A DNA stretch of 56,547 nucleotides from a virus (IMGVR_UViG_3300003894_000008:1-56547), one strand, 5' to 3'. Numbered from the stretch's first letter, positions 16,306 to 26,028 are shown. Notes: a model not told the origin generated them from the sequence alone. A program made the numbers and translations.

Positions 16306-17301
16306 ATGACCACGACTGCTTATGGCGATATTAGCCAGCGTACCGCTGCCTACGCCGCAAAAACGATGCTGTCTCACGCCGAGCCGGTATTGATCCTTCA
16401 GAAATTCGGCATGACGAAGCCGGTTCCGAAGAACACCGCGAACAACGTTAAGTTCCGTCGCCCTGTTCCGTTCTCCGCTGAGACGACTCCGTTGGTTGAA
16501 GGCGTTACGCCGACCGCCCAGCAGATGTCTTACGAAGATGTCTCTGCCACGCTGTACCAGTATGGCAAGCCCATCGAGATCACGGATCAGGTTGCCGATA
16601 TGTCGGAAGATCCTGTTCTTAAGGATGCCGCCATGCTGGCTGGCGAGCAGGCTGCTCTGACCACTGAAATGGTCACTTACGGCGCAGTCAAAGCCGGAAC
16701 GAGTGTTTTCTATGCTAACGGCTCCGCCCGTACATCTGTCAACACCGCGATCTCGCTGAATAAACAGCGTGCCGTGACTCGTTCGCTCAAGGCTCAGAAG
16801 GCCAAGAAGATCACCAGCATCCTTGATGGTAATGTCAACTACAACACCACGCCGATTGAAGCGGCTTATGTTGCTGTTGCTCACACCGATCTGGAAGCTG
16901 ACCTTCGCGGTCTGACCGGCTTCACGCCTGTTGCCGAATATGGTAGCCGCAAGCCGATCTGTGCTGAAGAAATCGGTTCTGTTGAAGACGTGCGCTACGT
17001 CCTCTCTCCGGAACTGTCTCCGTTCCAGGCTGGCGGTTCCGCCACTCTGAACGGCATGGTCGCTGATGACTCAACGAACGTTGATGTATATCCGGTCCTG
17101 TTCTTCGGTCGTGAGGCCTTCGGTGTTGTTCCGCTTAAGGGCGCGAACTCCATGACGCCGATGGTGATCAATCCTGGCACTCCTTCGAAGTCTGATCCTC
17201 TGGGTCAGCGCGGTTACGTTTCTTGGAAATGTTACCACGCTGCCGTGATCCTGAACCAGACTTGGATGGCTCGTTTGGAAGTTGGCGTTACCGACCTGTA
17301 G
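16306..17301 (+). CDS. major capsid protein, N4-gp56 family
   Basis: YGDISQRTA, PLVEGVTP, DPLGQRGYVSWK, WMARLE. Confidence 0.9.
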   Translation: MTTTAYGDISQRTAAYAAKTMLSHAEPVLILQKFGMTKPVPKNTANNVKFRRPVPFSAETTPLVEGVTPTAQQMSYEDVSATLYQYGKPIEITDQVADMSEDPVLKDAAMLAGEQAALTTEMVTYGAVKAGTSVFYANGSARTSVNTAISLNKQRAVTRSLKAQKAKKITSILDGNVNYNTTPIEAAYVAVAHTDLEADLRGLTGFTPVAEYGSRKPICAEEIGSVEDVRYVLSPELSPFQAGGSATLNGMVADDSTNVDVYPVLFFGREAFGVVPLKGANSMTPMVINPGTPSKSDPLGQRGYVSWKCYHAAVILNQTWMARLEVGVTDL

Positions 17302-17323
17302 GCCGGTAGCACTATAAACCCTT

Positions 17324-17356
17324 AAAGGGGCGCTCTTAACGGAGCGCCCTTTTTTC
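17324..17356 (+). terminator. rho-independent terminator after the capsid gene
   Basis: AAAGGGGCGCTC-TTAACG-GAGCGCCCCTTTTTT. Confidence 0.85.
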
Positions 17357-17378
17357 TTAGATATAAGGAATCCTGAAA

Positions 17379-17696
17379 ATGGAAATCAAGATTGGTACGG
17401 TTGAGGGAACTGGTTCCGCGATCAACGTTTCGTGTGGCTTTATTCCCGATTATGTCGAAATCATCAACATCGACAGTGCTGCTGGCTTTGAAAAAGGCGA
17501 GTGGATCACTGGCATGGCTGATCCTTCGGCTTACAAAACTGTTGCTGCTGGTACTCGCACGAAGATCACCAGCACGGGCATCGGCACTTATGCCGGTTCC
17601 ACGACTGCCGGTAAGGGCTTCACCATTGGCGCAGATACGGATCTGAATGTCAGCGGCGAAACCATTGCTTATCGCGCAATTCGTAACGTTCTGTAA
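17379..17696 (+). CDS. putative capsid decoration protein
   Basis: GTGSAINVSCGFIPDYVEIIN; beta-rich; follows the capsid gene. Confidence 0.6.
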   Translation: MEIKIGTVEGTGSAINVSCGFIPDYVEIINIDSAAGFEKGEWITGMADPSAYKTVAAGTRTKITSTGIGTYAGSTTAGKGFTIGADTDLNVSGETIAYRAIRNVL

Positions 17697-17745
17697 AACC
17701 CCTCCTTCGCTCTCTCTCTCCCCTCCCTGTGGTGAGCGAAGGGAT

Positions 17746-17784
17746 GGCGGCTCCACTGTGATACGGCGGTGGAGCCGCCTTTTT
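17746..17784 (+). terminator. rho-independent terminator
   Basis: GGCGGCTCCACTG...CGGTGGAGCCGCC-TTTTT. Confidence 0.8.
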
Positions 17785-17803
17785 ATTTAGGAGAATAAAT
17801 GCA

Positions 17804-18115
17804 ATGGCAAAGTCGCCAGCGAAAGAAGCGAAGCCCACGAAAAAACGTGCGCACAAAGAAGATGGAAAGTTTAAGGCTGATGATCCGTCAACGCCGGATG
17901 TTAATGAAGCATTTGAACAGCCTGTGGAAGAAGCGCCTAAACCGGCGAAGGCTTCCGTAAAGAACGTAACTGTTGTGGTTTCTCACAAAGATCAGGTCTT
18001 TGTGAACGTCAATGGTCGTCGTCGCGACATCGAGCGTGGCGTTCCCACAAGCATCCCAGCCGAAATGGTTGACGTGCTTATCAATGGCGGTGTGTCCGTC
18101 GAAATCAAGAAATAA
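17804..18115 (+). CDS. hypothetical structural-module protein
   Basis: AGGAG RBS; GKFKADDPSTPDVNEA motif; VFVNVNG..IERG. Confidence 0.7.
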   Translation: MAKSPAKEAKPTKKRAHKEDGKFKADDPSTPDVNEAFEQPVEEAPKPAKASVKNVTVVVSHKDQVFVNVNGRRRDIERGVPTSIPAEMVDVLINGGVSVEIKK

Positions 18116-18125
18116 GGAAAAGAAC

Positions 18126-18641
18126 ATGGCAGACGGCATGAGAGATGTCGCTCTCGAAGATGCGACAGTGGATGACCTGACTTGGCACGCCAAGAACGTG
18201 CTGGGTCTTGATATTTATCCTGGAACGGGCAAGCCGAAGCTTCTGGCGAAGATCAAAGAGGCTGGCTGGGAGCGTGCAAACATTAGCGTTCCAGTGGAGG
18301 CAAAGCCGGTTGACGGTGAATTTGTCAAGCCGACTTCACCAACGCCAGCGCCTCAGAAGATTGGCGAGGACAGGTCAGGAAAGAATGATCCAATGGTTAA
18401 GATCATGATTCCAAAGCAAGCTGGTCCTGGCGGTGATCGTCCGGTTTCCGTTGGCGTGAACGGCACACACATCCTTATCCCTCGCGAGGAAGAGGTTGAG
18501 GTTGCTGCTCGCTATGTTTTGGTTCTTCAAAACGCTGTGCAGACGGAATATTTGCAGAACGAAGAAACCAATGAGGTCATTGGTCGCGATGTTCTGATGC
18601 ACCCCTTTAACATTTTGTCGGGACGTGAACACGTACAATGA
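18126..18641 (+). CDS. conserved structural-module protein
   Basis: VSVGVNG..ILIPREEEVEV...VLQNAV. Confidence 0.7.
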   Translation: MADGMRDVALEDATVDDLTWHAKNVLGLDIYPGTGKPKLLAKIKEAGWERANISVPVEAKPVDGEFVKPTSPTPAPQKIGEDRSGKNDPMVKIMIPKQAGPGGDRPVSVGVNGTHILIPREEEVEVAARYVLVLQNAVQTEYLQNEETNEVIGRDVLMHPFNILSGREHVQ

Positions 18642-19309
18642 GTACATTCCTTGAACTCTGTCAGGATGTAGCACGCGAAAGTGGCACTATATCCGGAACT
18701 CAGCCCACAACCGTAGCCAGCCAGACAGGACGTTTGGCGAAGATTGTTGACTGGACGATTGATGCTTGGCGTCGAATCCAGAATGATCGCAACGCATGGA
18801 AGTGGATGAGGACAGAGTTCTCTGGAAGCATCACATCGGGAACGGCGCGGTACACTGCCGCATCGTTCTCGTTATCCCGCCATGCTCGCTGGCTGACAGA
18901 CGCCAATAACCTGACGATCTACAAGACGGCGACGGGCGTATCTGATGAAAGCGCCTTGACGGTTATAAGCTGGGATACATGGCGACAGACATACGGGCGC
19001 GGTAGCCAGACGAACAACCGGCCTGTTTCCTATGCAGTGTCTCCGTCCGGAGAACTGTGCTTTGGTCCGATTCCGGATGACAGTTACACCATTAATGGTG
19101 AATACTACAAATCCCCCCAGATACTAGCAGACAACACTGATGAGCCGGAATGTCCTGCTCGCTTCCATCAGATCATTGTGCAGAGGGCGCTTGTGTCGCT
19201 CGCAGAGCATGACGAGGCACTGGTGACGGCTGCTGCTGCTCAGAAGAACTACAATGAGATCATGCTCGACCTTGAGAGTGATCAGCTTCCAACCATTGCT
19301 CTAGGCTAA
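18638..19309 (+). CDS. head-tail adaptor (tail tubular protein A-like)
   Basis: MSTFLELCQDV, WKWMR, GPIPD..Y, PARFHQIIV. Confidence 0.75.
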   Translation: MSTFLELCQDVARESGTISGTQPTTVASQTGRLAKIVDWTIDAWRRIQNDRNAWKWMRTEFSGSITSGTARYTAASFSLSRHARWLTDANNLTIYKTATGVSDESALTVISWDTWRQTYGRGSQTNNRPVSYAVSPSGELCFGPIPDDSYTINGEYYKSPQILADNTDEPECPARFHQIIVQRALVSLAEHDEALVTAAAAQKNYNEIMLDLESDQLPTIALG

Positions 19310-19314
19310 TCATA

Positions 19315-19740
19315 ATGGCTCAGAAGACGCATTACTTCGCCTTTAAAGGTGGGCTTGATCTTGTCACGCCTTCAATTACCAAGCCGGAAGGTGCGTTGAT
19401 TCAGGGTTTGAATTATGAGCCTGTGTCGCGCGGCTACAGGCGCGTTGACGGCTACGAGCGCTTTGATGGTCAGCCACAGCCGTCGCAACAGCAGTATTGG
19501 ACGCTTGCGTTTACGTCAGGCCAGAACGAGCCGACTGTTGGATATGTGGTTACTGGCGCTACGAGCGGCGCAACTGGCGTTGTGGTAGATGTGGTCGTTT
19601 CAAGCGGCTCATGGGCTGGCAATGACGCTGTTGGATACATCGTTATACGACTCGCCACGGGGACGTACTCAGCGTCCGAAAACATAACATTATCTGCGCC
19701 TGTCAGTTTCGACAGCGGCTTTACATCGGGATTCTACTAA
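19315..19740 (+). CDS. tail hub / stabilization protein, N-terminal fragment
   Basis: FKGGLDLVTP...NYE...GYRRVDGYERFDG start typical of podoviral hub/nozzle proteins; ends FDSGFTSGFY. Confidence 0.7.
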   Translation: MAQKTHYFAFKGGLDLVTPSITKPEGALIQGLNYEPVSRGYRRVDGYERFDGQPQPSQQQYWTLAFTSGQNEPTVGYVVTGATSGATGVVVDVVVSSGSWAGNDAVGYIVIRLATGTYSASENITLSAPVSFDSGFTSGFY

Positions 19741-19741
19741 T

Positions 19742-20419
19742 ATGGCTGATACTGAAAGAACACTCACCTCTCTACAGACGCTTATGGCGGATAACGCGAC
19801 AGGTGACATTAGTCCGCAAGATATTCGTGATATGCTCGTTTCAACGTCCAGCGAGAAAATCTTGAAGGCGGCGACGACACCTTTGTATGACGATTACATT
19901 ATCCCCGGTATTTCGCTTGGGAAGACAGCCACGAACCCGCCTGATCTTGTGGAACTCAGGAATGGAATCTACCTGAATGCGTTCGATCAGACCACATCCG
20001 AACAGGGTTTTTTCGCGGTTCATCTCCTGCACGATCTTAAATATGGAACGGATATGACGTGGCATGTGCATTGGACACACAACAACGCATCTCCTTCCGG
20101 CGCTGTAAAATGGAACATTGATTACTCAATGGCGAAGGGCTACGAAACGGACACTTTCGACGCGCCAACAACGATCACAACCACTCAAACTGCGGCGGCA
20201 CAATACACGCACCATATCACTCCGGACGATATGACTGTTCCATTTTCAGCTTCGATGGAACCTGACAGTGTTATCATAGGGCGCATCTACCGCGACGCTG
20301 GTGACGCCGCCGACACGTTTGCAGATGACGCATTCCTGATCCAGTTCGACCTTCATTATCAAATGGCTCAATATGGCACAGAAGAGCGCAACAGGCCGTT
20401 CACTTCGGCGGGCTGGTAA
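19742..20419 (+). CDS. inserted virion-appendage-like protein
   Basis: helical N-terminus ADNATGDISPQDIRD, then a beta-rich domain. Confidence 0.65.
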   Translation: MADTERTLTSLQTLMADNATGDISPQDIRDMLVSTSSEKILKAATTPLYDDYIIPGISLGKTATNPPDLVELRNGIYLNAFDQTTSEQGFFAVHLLHDLKYGTDMTWHVHWTHNNASPSGAVKWNIDYSMAKGYETDTFDAPTTITTTQTAAAQYTHHITPDDMTVPFSASMEPDSVIIGRIYRDAGDAADTFADDAFLIQFDLHYQMAQYGTEERNRPFTSAGW

Positions 20420-20422
20420 GCA

Positions 20423-22108
20423 ATGAGCGTTGTTACTGTTGGTGTTGCGACTGGGGCCGCAAGCCTTTCAGGAGCGGCTACTGACGCGCTTGACTCGACA
20501 TACACGCAGGCCGCTATTGAGGCTGCTCGATCATTGATAAGCTCGCCAACCGGCTCCGGCTCTGTTCTTGGCGTGTGGCGATATAACGGCAAGACATACG
20601 CTTTTCGGAACAATGCAGGCGGCACTGCCTGCGATATGTTTGAAAGCAGTTCAAGCGGCTGGTCACAGATCACGCTTGGCAACACGGTTGATTTTACTGC
20701 TGGCACGACAGCCTTCGCTGTTGGCGAAACCTTGACAGGCGGGACATCCGGCGCGACTTCAATTATTAGCAATGTGGTGGTTACATCTGGCGACTGGTCA
20801 ACGAATGATGCAGTCGGCTATTTGGTTATCGGCACAGTGACAGGCGGGCCTTATCAGGCGGAGACAGGAACCAGTGTGTCGGGTAGCGCGACGATAGCAG
20901 CCGAGGCAGCTATCACGCTACAGCCCAGCGGTCGCTTTGACTTTGTGAACAACAACTTTGGCGGCTCTGCCGGTTCCGTGAAGATGTACGGCGTCGATGG
21001 CGTGTCAGAGGGTTTCGAGTGGGATGGCACGGTGTTCACGCCGATCCGCACCGGAATGTCCACGGATACGCCGACAAGGGTGTTCGCGCACAAGAAGCAC
21101 CTTGTATACGCTTATCCTGGCGGCTCTTTGCAGCATTCGGGCATAGGAACGCCCTATGTCTGGACTTTGCTCTCTGGGGCGGCGGAAATCGGCTTAGGTG
21201 ACGAAATAACAGGCTTTATTAATGCCGCTGGTGTCCTTGGCATATACACGAAGCGCACGACATCCTTCCTTTACGGATCGAGCGCCGCTGACTGGGAATT
21301 GAAAACGCTCAGTCAGGAATCAGGTGCGCATGACTGGACGATGCAAGAAGTCGCTGGAAAGTATGTTCACACCGACGCTGCTGGTGTTCGCGATCTCAGC
21401 GCAACCACGGCATATGGCGACTTTGATATCGGGCGCATGTCGTTCTTAACAGATCCTTGGTTTGATACTGTAAAGACGACTGGCGGAAGTCTCGCGGCTA
21501 CAACTCGCGTTAAGGCGAAAAACCAGTATCGGATCTTCTACGACAATGGCTCCGGCATGACGATGGACATGAGTAAGGGGGTTGCTGAATTTGTACCTTT
21601 TAATCTTGGTATCACAGTTACATGCGCCTGTTCTGTTGAGGATGATGATGGAACTGAGTGGGTGCTTGTGGGCGCAAGCAATGGATATGTCTATCGGCTG
21701 GACGTTGGCACCAGTTTCGATGGAAGTGCCGTAACAGCTTATGTTCGCTTCTCGTTCAATAGTGTGAAGTCGCATTCGTACAATAAGCGTTTCCACAAGG
21801 CTTTGCTTGAACTTGAAGCGGGTCCGTCAACTGTTGTGAAGATCTCCGCAGACTTTGCGTATGGAGATCCTAATGCGCCGTCACAGATCGAGGAATCATT
21901 CACCGTGTCTGGTGGTGGTGGTTTCTGGGGTGAGGCCAACTGGAATGAATTTTATTGGTCGTCGCAGGCAGAGGGGCTTGCAGATGCCGACATCGACGGA
22001 TTCGGCAACAACGTCAGTATCGTGCTGGCGTCTGAAGCAACTTACGAAGAACCCCATACCCTGCACGGTATGACCATTTATTACTCAGATCGAGGATTGA
22101 AGCGGTGA
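20423..22108 (+). CDS. tail hub / stabilization protein, main C-terminal part
   Basis: GSGSVLGVW..YAFRNN, beta-propeller-like repeats, KNQYRIF, GTSFDG, KRFHK, WGEANWNEFYW. Confidence 0.75.
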   Translation: MSVVTVGVATGAASLSGAATDALDSTYTQAAIEAARSLISSPTGSGSVLGVWRYNGKTYAFRNNAGGTACDMFESSSSGWSQITLGNTVDFTAGTTAFAVGETLTGGTSGATSIISNVVVTSGDWSTNDAVGYLVIGTVTGGPYQAETGTSVSGSATIAAEAAITLQPSGRFDFVNNNFGGSAGSVKMYGVDGVSEGFEWDGTVFTPIRTGMSTDTPTRVFAHKKHLVYAYPGGSLQHSGIGTPYVWTLLSGAAEIGLGDEITGFINAAGVLGIYTKRTTSFLYGSSAADWELKTLSQESGAHDWTMQEVAGKYVHTDAAGVRDLSATTAYGDFDIGRMSFLTDPWFDTVKTTGGSLAATTRVKAKNQYRIFYDNGSGMTMDMSKGVAEFVPFNLGITVTCACSVEDDDGTEWVLVGASNGYVYRLDVGTSFDGSAVTAYVRFSFNSVKSHSYNKRFHKALLELEAGPSTVVKISADFAYGDPNAPSQIEESFTVSGGGGFWGEANWNEFYWSSQAEGLADADIDGFGNNVSIVLASEATYEEPHTLHGMTIYYSDRGLKR

Positions 22109-24861
22109 CGAACGGATTTTTTAACCATACGAACACTGTTACAGACCATACCCTTGCCCGTGGCAGCGATATAAATAATATTGCTGATAGCGTTGAGGCC
22201 GGTTTTGATAAGCTTCCCACGGAAGCGGAGTTAAAGGCGAATACGGATTACGCGCCTTCTGACACAGGCGCGGCTGATGCTTATGTCGTATCATTGACAT
22301 ACGCTCCCAGCGCTTATGCTGCTGGCATGAAGGTAATGTTTAAGCCTGCCAACACGTCTACAGGCGCGAGTACCATTAACGTTAATAGCCTGGGCGCGGT
22401 GGCAATCAAGCAGTATGACGGCACCGCAATCGAGGCTGGTGACATCACGGCAGGCCGGATGGTTGAGTTGCGCCATGACGGCACGAACTTTGTTTTAAAT
22501 GCACCCACGGATGCAGCGGCAAACGCCACTGCTGCTGCTGCTTCAGCTTCCGCCGCTTCTACCAGTGAAACGAACGCTGCTTCATCTGCCAGCGCAGCCT
22601 CCACGAGTGAAACGAATGCTGGCACGTCTGAAACGAATGCAGCAGCATCTGCGTCTGCCGCTTCTACAAGCGCGTCCAATGCCTCCACATCAGAAACGAA
22701 TGCCGGAACTTCAGCTTCTAATGCCTCAACGAGCGAAACGAACGCAGGGACTTCAGAAACGAATGCTGCCGCTTCTGCTGCGGCTGCTTCAACATCAGAA
22801 ACGAATGCGGCGGCTTCAGCGAGCGCCGCTTCAACCAGCGAAACAAACGCGTCTACCTCGGAGACGAATGCTGCTGCGTCTGCTTCTGCCGCTTCGACCA
22901 GCGCATCCAATGCGTCCACTTCAGAGACGAATGCTGCTGCGTCTGAAAGTGCTGCGGCGACTTCTGCAAGTGCTGCTGAGGCCGCTGCTGCTTCTGTATT
23001 CTGGAACTTCGACAGCACGACGACGATGGCTGATCCTGGCACGGGTGATATTCGCCTGAACCATGCAACGATTGCCAGCGTGACGCAAATCGCGGTTAGC
23101 GCAAATTCAGCATCGACAGGTAATCCTGACGTGTCAGATTTCGTGACGGTTTGGGATGATAGCAATAACGCAACGGCAAAAGGTTATATTGTCATGCGGG
23201 AAGCTGGCGCACCGGATACGGTGTGTGTGTTCGCTGTATCAGGAACGATAACGGACAACACAACCTGGCTGCAAATTCCTGTCACGCATATTTCCAGTTC
23301 CGGCACCCTAACGGCTGGCGATGACCTGTATTGTTCATTCTCCCGTTCTGGAGATGATGGCGCTGGTTCTGGTGATCTGCTTGCTGTTAACAACCTCTCT
23401 GATGTATCTAATGCAGCCACATCCAGATCAAATCTTGCTGCTGCTGGGACTGGTGTCTCTAACACCTTCACCAACATCCAGACGATTGAAATCGGTGGTG
23501 GTTCTGGAACTGCTGCTAATACGTCAATGGATGATCTGGTTATTGACAGCAACGGAAGTGCTGTAGGCATCAATATCCTTGGTGGACTTAATAACATTGG
23601 CTACCTCGGATGGGGTGATAACGCTTCAGCAATTGGAGGTTATCAGCAATATTCCCATGCCACGAATGAACACATGTGGGCGGCTGGTGGTTCCGCAAGG
23701 ATGCGTCTTGCCACTGGTATGTGGATGGAAGGTGCCACAGGTACGGATCAAGGCGCTGGCACAATTAATGCCACAGGTGTTTACGTTAACGGTACGGAGC
23801 TTTCAACTAACCCAGCTCCTGCTCAGAACCTTATTATCAACGGTGCAATGCAAGTAGGGCAGCGAGGCACTGTTGGAGGGCTAACGGGTGGTGGTTATGG
23901 TGGTGCTGATAGGTTCCCCACAGCTACAAGTGGCCATGGGACTTGGCAGTTATCTAATGATACAGATGCCCCTACAGGATACGGGCTGATTAAATGTCAA
24001 AACGCAACTTGTGCTTCTGGTGGCGGCTCTCCTGCTGCGGGTGATCTACAGGCGATGAATTACAGGTTTGAAGGACAAGACATCCAATCAATTAAAAAGG
24101 GGACTGCTAATGCTGAACAGGTGACGTTACAATTTTGGGTAAGGTCTACTCAGACAGGAACAGCTATTGTTGAGTTATATGACAGCGACAATAGCCGTCA
24201 TGTAGCTGCTTCTTATACCATTGATGTGGCGAATACTTGGGAGCAGAAAAACGTCACGTTCCCTGCCGATACTACTGGAACCTTTGATAATGATACTGCT
24301 TCATCCATGACTATCGTTTGGTGGATGGATGCAGGAACTACTTACACTGGTGGTACACTTGCTACTACTTGGGCGTCTGTTGTTAACGGCAATCGTGCTG
24401 CTGGTCTAACTCTTGCTTGTGGCCGAAATACCAACGACAATTTCAAACTAACCGGCGTGGGTTTATATGTTGGCGACACAGCCCCGTCCTCCTTTGTAGC
24501 GGCTGGTGGTGGTTCTTACGGTGCAGAATTGGCCTTGTGTCATAGGTATTTCTGGAAGTACACATCCGATACTTCTAATGAAACAATTGCAACGGGAGTA
24601 TGGGATAGCTCAACTGTATTCCTCCCTGTTGTTAATTACCCAGTTATGATGCGAACAGATGCACCAACACTTGCGTCTAGTGGGACATGGCAAGTCAGGC
24701 ACAATTCATCTAACAGAAGTGTTTCAGCAATTTCCACTTCAGGCAGAACTACAAATACAACATTCGCTCTTAGTGTCACGTCTTCCAGTGGTGTTGGCGG
24801 CGAGTGTGGGAACCTGATGTCTACCAGTGGCGCAACGCTGTCATTTAGCTCGGAGTTATAA
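22105..24861 (+). CDS. tail fibre / receptor-binding protein
   Basis: AGFDKLP anchor, Ala/Ser coiled repeats, NNLSDV, NLIINGAMQVGQRG, ELALCHRYF. Confidence 0.85.
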   Translation: MTNGFFNHTNTVTDHTLARGSDINNIADSVEAGFDKLPTEAELKANTDYAPSDTGAADAYVVSLTYAPSAYAAGMKVMFKPANTSTGASTINVNSLGAVAIKQYDGTAIEAGDITAGRMVELRHDGTNFVLNAPTDAAANATAAAASASAASTSETNAASSASAASTSETNAGTSETNAAASASAASTSASNASTSETNAGTSASNASTSETNAGTSETNAAASAAAASTSETNAAASASAASTSETNASTSETNAAASASAASTSASNASTSETNAAASESAAATSASAAEAAAASVFWNFDSTTTMADPGTGDIRLNHATIASVTQIAVSANSASTGNPDVSDFVTVWDDSNNATAKGYIVMREAGAPDTVCVFAVSGTITDNTTWLQIPVTHISSSGTLTAGDDLYCSFSRSGDDGAGSGDLLAVNNLSDVSNAATSRSNLAAAGTGVSNTFTNIQTIEIGGGSGTAANTSMDDLVIDSNGSAVGINILGGLNNIGYLGWGDNASAIGGYQQYSHATNEHMWAAGGSARMRLATGMWMEGATGTDQGAGTINATGVYVNGTELSTNPAPAQNLIINGAMQVGQRGTVGGLTGGGYGGADRFPTATSGHGTWQLSNDTDAPTGYGLIKCQNATCASGGGSPAAGDLQAMNYRFEGQDIQSIKKGTANAEQVTLQFWVRSTQTGTAIVELYDSDNSRHVAASYTIDVANTWEQKNVTFPADTTGTFDNDTASSMTIVWWMDAGTTYTGGTLATTWASVVNGNRAAGLTLACGRNTNDNFKLTGVGLYVGDTAPSSFVAAGGGSYGAELALCHRYFWKYTSDTSNETIATGVWDSSTVFLPVVNYPVMMRTDAPTLASSGTWQVRHNSSNRSVSAISTSGRTTNTTFALSVTSSSGVGGECGNLMSTSGATLSFSSEL
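22520..22995 (+). repeat. 7/14-aa tandem repeats (SETNAAASASAAST) in the fibre stalk
   Basis: about ten SETNA units, similar to lambda Stf-type stalks. Confidence 0.9.
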
Positions 24862-24863
24862 AA

Positions 24864-25040
24864 ATGGCCTATGAAAATCCCCAATATTTTCAGAATGTTT
24901 TCGGTGATGTGGTGGCAATAAACTGCCAAGTGAATAGTGAGAATGTATCCATTCCGATCAACGACGAAAACACCGACTATCAAGAAATCATGAGACAGGT
25001 AAACGAGGAAGGGCTTGTTATCCAGCCCTATGAGGGGTAG
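24864..25040 (+). CDS. small fibre-associated protein (58 aa)
   Basis: SIPINDENTDYQEIM motif directly after the fibre gene. Confidence 0.65.
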   Translation: MAYENPQYFQNVFGDVVAINCQVNSENVSIPINDENTDYQEIMRQVNEEGLVIQPYEG

Positions 25041-25049
25041 GTCAGTGAC

Positions 25050-25403
25050 ATGAGTGACGGCGATCATATGGCGTTATCTAAGGACATCGGCAAGGTTGCC
25101 GCTGCTCTTGAAGGATTGACAGGTAAGTTCGAGCAATTCGAGAAGTATGCTCATGAACGCAACCATGAGATATTGAATCATATGCAGGGTCGTGATGGTC
25201 AGATTCATGTGCTGAACAACAAGATCGACCTGATTGTTGCGCGGCTTGATGATCATGGTGAGGAAATCACAATCATTAATGGGCATGTCGAAAACTTTAA
25301 AGCGCTCCGCAATAAAGGCGCTGGGATCTTAATAGCTGTTGCAGTAGCGGCTAGTGCGCTTGGCCCGATTTTACAGAGTGTGTGGAGTGCCGTTACAAAA
25401 TGA
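25050..25403 (+). CDS. coiled-coil protein with C-terminal TM helix (holin-like)
   Basis: KGAGILIAVAVAASALG. Confidence 0.55.
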   Translation: MSDGDHMALSKDIGKVAAALEGLTGKFEQFEKYAHERNHEILNHMQGRDGQIHVLNNKIDLIVARLDDHGEEITIINGHVENFKALRNKGAGILIAVAVAASALGPILQSVWSAVTK

Positions 25404-25666
25404 GCGAGCAGTCAAAACACATTGCGAACTGGTTTAAATCATGGTGGTTCGCCATCGCCTTTGGATTATCTGTCCTGGGCGTGTCGATCACAACATGGTT
25501 CCAGTTGCAGTTTGTTATCGCGGCTGTGAATCCAGAGGCTATTGCTGAATATGAAGTCAGGCAAGCTGTATTAGAAGTTAAGCGTGAAGTGCGCTGGTGT
25601 CTTGGTAAATTGCTTATCGACGGGCAACCTATCTCAAAGCAATCAGTTTTAAAATGTGCAGATTAA
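25400..25666 (+). CDS. membrane protein
   Basis: WWFAIAFGLSVLGVSI TM segment; ATGA coupling. Confidence 0.55.
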   Translation: MSEQSKHIANWFKSWWFAIAFGLSVLGVSITTWFQLQFVIAAVNPEAIAEYEVRQAVLEVKREVRWCLGKLLIDGQPISKQSVLKCAD

Positions 25667-25677
25667 GGGGCGTGACA

Positions 25678-26028
25678 ATGCTGAAGATGATGGCCCTTGC
25701 AGGGGCCTTTTTTATTGGTTTAACGGGATCTGCGAACGCTTGGGAGGCGGGGTCACGTATCGCGGCTGCGACAATCTGCTGGGAACGGACTGATGCGCAT
25801 CATCTGGCATCGATGCACGAATCGAAAGGCCATGAAGCCGCCGCTGATGTGTTCTTTGAATACGTGATGTCTGGCAAGTGTGAGTATCATAAATCGCTTT
25901 TCACCGTATACCTTGTGAAGCGTTTGGAATCGTATGTGATTGATGGCGTTCATCACAGCTTATGGAGCGTCAACGACAAGAACCTATTCGGCTACATCAT
26001 TCTTCCAGCCGAAACCCGACAATCTTGA
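25678..26028 (+). CDS. exported hypothetical protein
   Basis: signal-peptide-like N-terminus ending ANA. Confidence 0.55.
   Translation: MLKMMALAGAFFIGLTGSANAWEAGSRIAAATICWERTDAHHLASMHESKGHEAAADVFFEYVMSGKCEYHKSLFTVYLVKRLESYVIDGVHHSLWSVNDKNLFGYIILPAETRQS
25692..25713 (+). terminator. terminator-like hairpin inside the 5' end of the ORF
   Basis: GGCCCT-TGCA-GGGGCC-TTTTTT. Confidence 0.55.

Noticed and set aside
22520-22995. CRISPR-like periodic repeats
   Set aside because: They are in-frame coding repeats with synonymous variation and no unique spacers.
22105-24861. Diversity-generating retroelement acting on the fibre tip
   Set aside because: No reverse transcriptase ORF and no template/variable repeat pair seen in the window.
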